DNA of 64,000 nt from Gammaproteobacteria bacterium (GTDB lineage: Bacteria; Pseudomonadota; Gammaproteobacteria; Pseudomonadales; Pseudohongiellaceae), in the NCBI GenBank assembly GCA_017853205.1, contig JAFMKB010000006.1, positions 6,906 through 70,905 of the forward strand. Reading direction: 5' to 3'. A model generated the notes under the pieces. It was not told the DNA's origin and made no database searches. It worked only from the letters and a program-made list of their open reading frames with translations. Below, piece by piece: positions 63,590-64,000 of the stretch. The position numbers and the translations under genes are program-made. The first letter of the stretch is position 1. Each line of letters begins with the position of its first letter.

Positions 63590-64000
63590 ATGACAGATTT
63601 TAATCAGCAGGAAGGGGCAGAAATGGAGAGCAATGAGTCTGTTGAGGCTAACGCCTCAACGGTTGAAACAACAGCGAGTGCAGAAAATAGTGCACTTGAA
63701 ACTCCTGACGATCTCGCGCTAGTAAAACGAATGCAGCAGGGCCACCAGCAGATCGTCGACGAGATCCGAAAGGTTATTATCGGTCAGGAAGCGGTTGTTG
63801 ATGAGCTTCTCATTGCCCTTTTTTCGGGCGGACATTGTCTCGTAACCGGTGTTCCGGGTCTCGCAAAGACACTCCTGATTAAAACTGTCGCAGACATTTT
63901 GCAGGTAAACTTCAGTCGTATTCAGTTTACCCCAGACTTGATGCCGGCTGACGTTGTCGGGGCCGAGATAGTTGAAGAGAAAGACGGCAAGCGTGGGCTC
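63590..64000 (+). CDS. MoxR-family AAA+ ATPase, 3' end beyond window
   Basis: It is absent from the ORF track because no stop is reached. My translation from the ATG at 63590 is MTDFNQQEGAE...IRKVIIGQEAVVDELLIALFSGGHCLVTGVPGLAKTLLIKTVADIL..FSRIQFTPDLMPADVVG, with the MoxR Walker A and signature region. Confidence 0.85.
   Translation, partial: MTDFNQQEGAEMESNESVEANASTVETTASAENSALETPDDLALVKRMQQGHQQIVDEIRKVIIGQEAVVDELLIALFSGGHCLVTGVPGLAKTLLIKTVADILQVNFSRIQFTPDLMPADVVGAEIVEEKDGKRGL

Overview
This is a gene-dense chromosomal segment. I support about 58 CDS and saw no rRNA, tRNA, CRISPR array, transposase or integrase. Synteny looks gammaproteobacterial: prfC, tgt-yajC-secD-secF, a holD-like gene next to rimI, and hisC. 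The gene content suggests a marine-type organism, but taxonomy cannot be proven from this window. The left ~10 kb resembles a photo-oxidative stress neighbourhood: a Prx5 peroxiredoxin, an iron-sulfur-type cryptochrome/photolyase, DUF3429, DUF393, SDRs, DUF1295 and a SOUL protein. The middle carries acyl-CoA metabolism genes and a TAXI-TRAP transporter. It also holds a lipoprotein beta-helix plus diheme cytochrome c pair, a Serratia-type nuclease homologue with a degenerate active site, and an orphan GAF-GspE ATPase. That ATPase sits near a ~480-bp AT-rich spacer with DnaA-box-like sites, and a bacterial homologue of eukaryotic tRNA-queuosine mannosyltransferase lies close to tgt. The most interesting locus is the right-hand 11 kb (about 52.9 kb to the window end). 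It is a tightly coupled operon of at least six genes: a 1205-aa Gly/Gln-rich coiled-coil membrane protein, a BatA-anchor/VWA protein, a C13-like protein apparently lacking its Cys, a TPR-HExxH metallopeptidase, a DUF4159 protein and a MoxR ATPase. It is Bat/MoxR-related but has an unusual composition and no known function. All family assignments come from reading the translated ORFs and from memory of those families. No database search was run.
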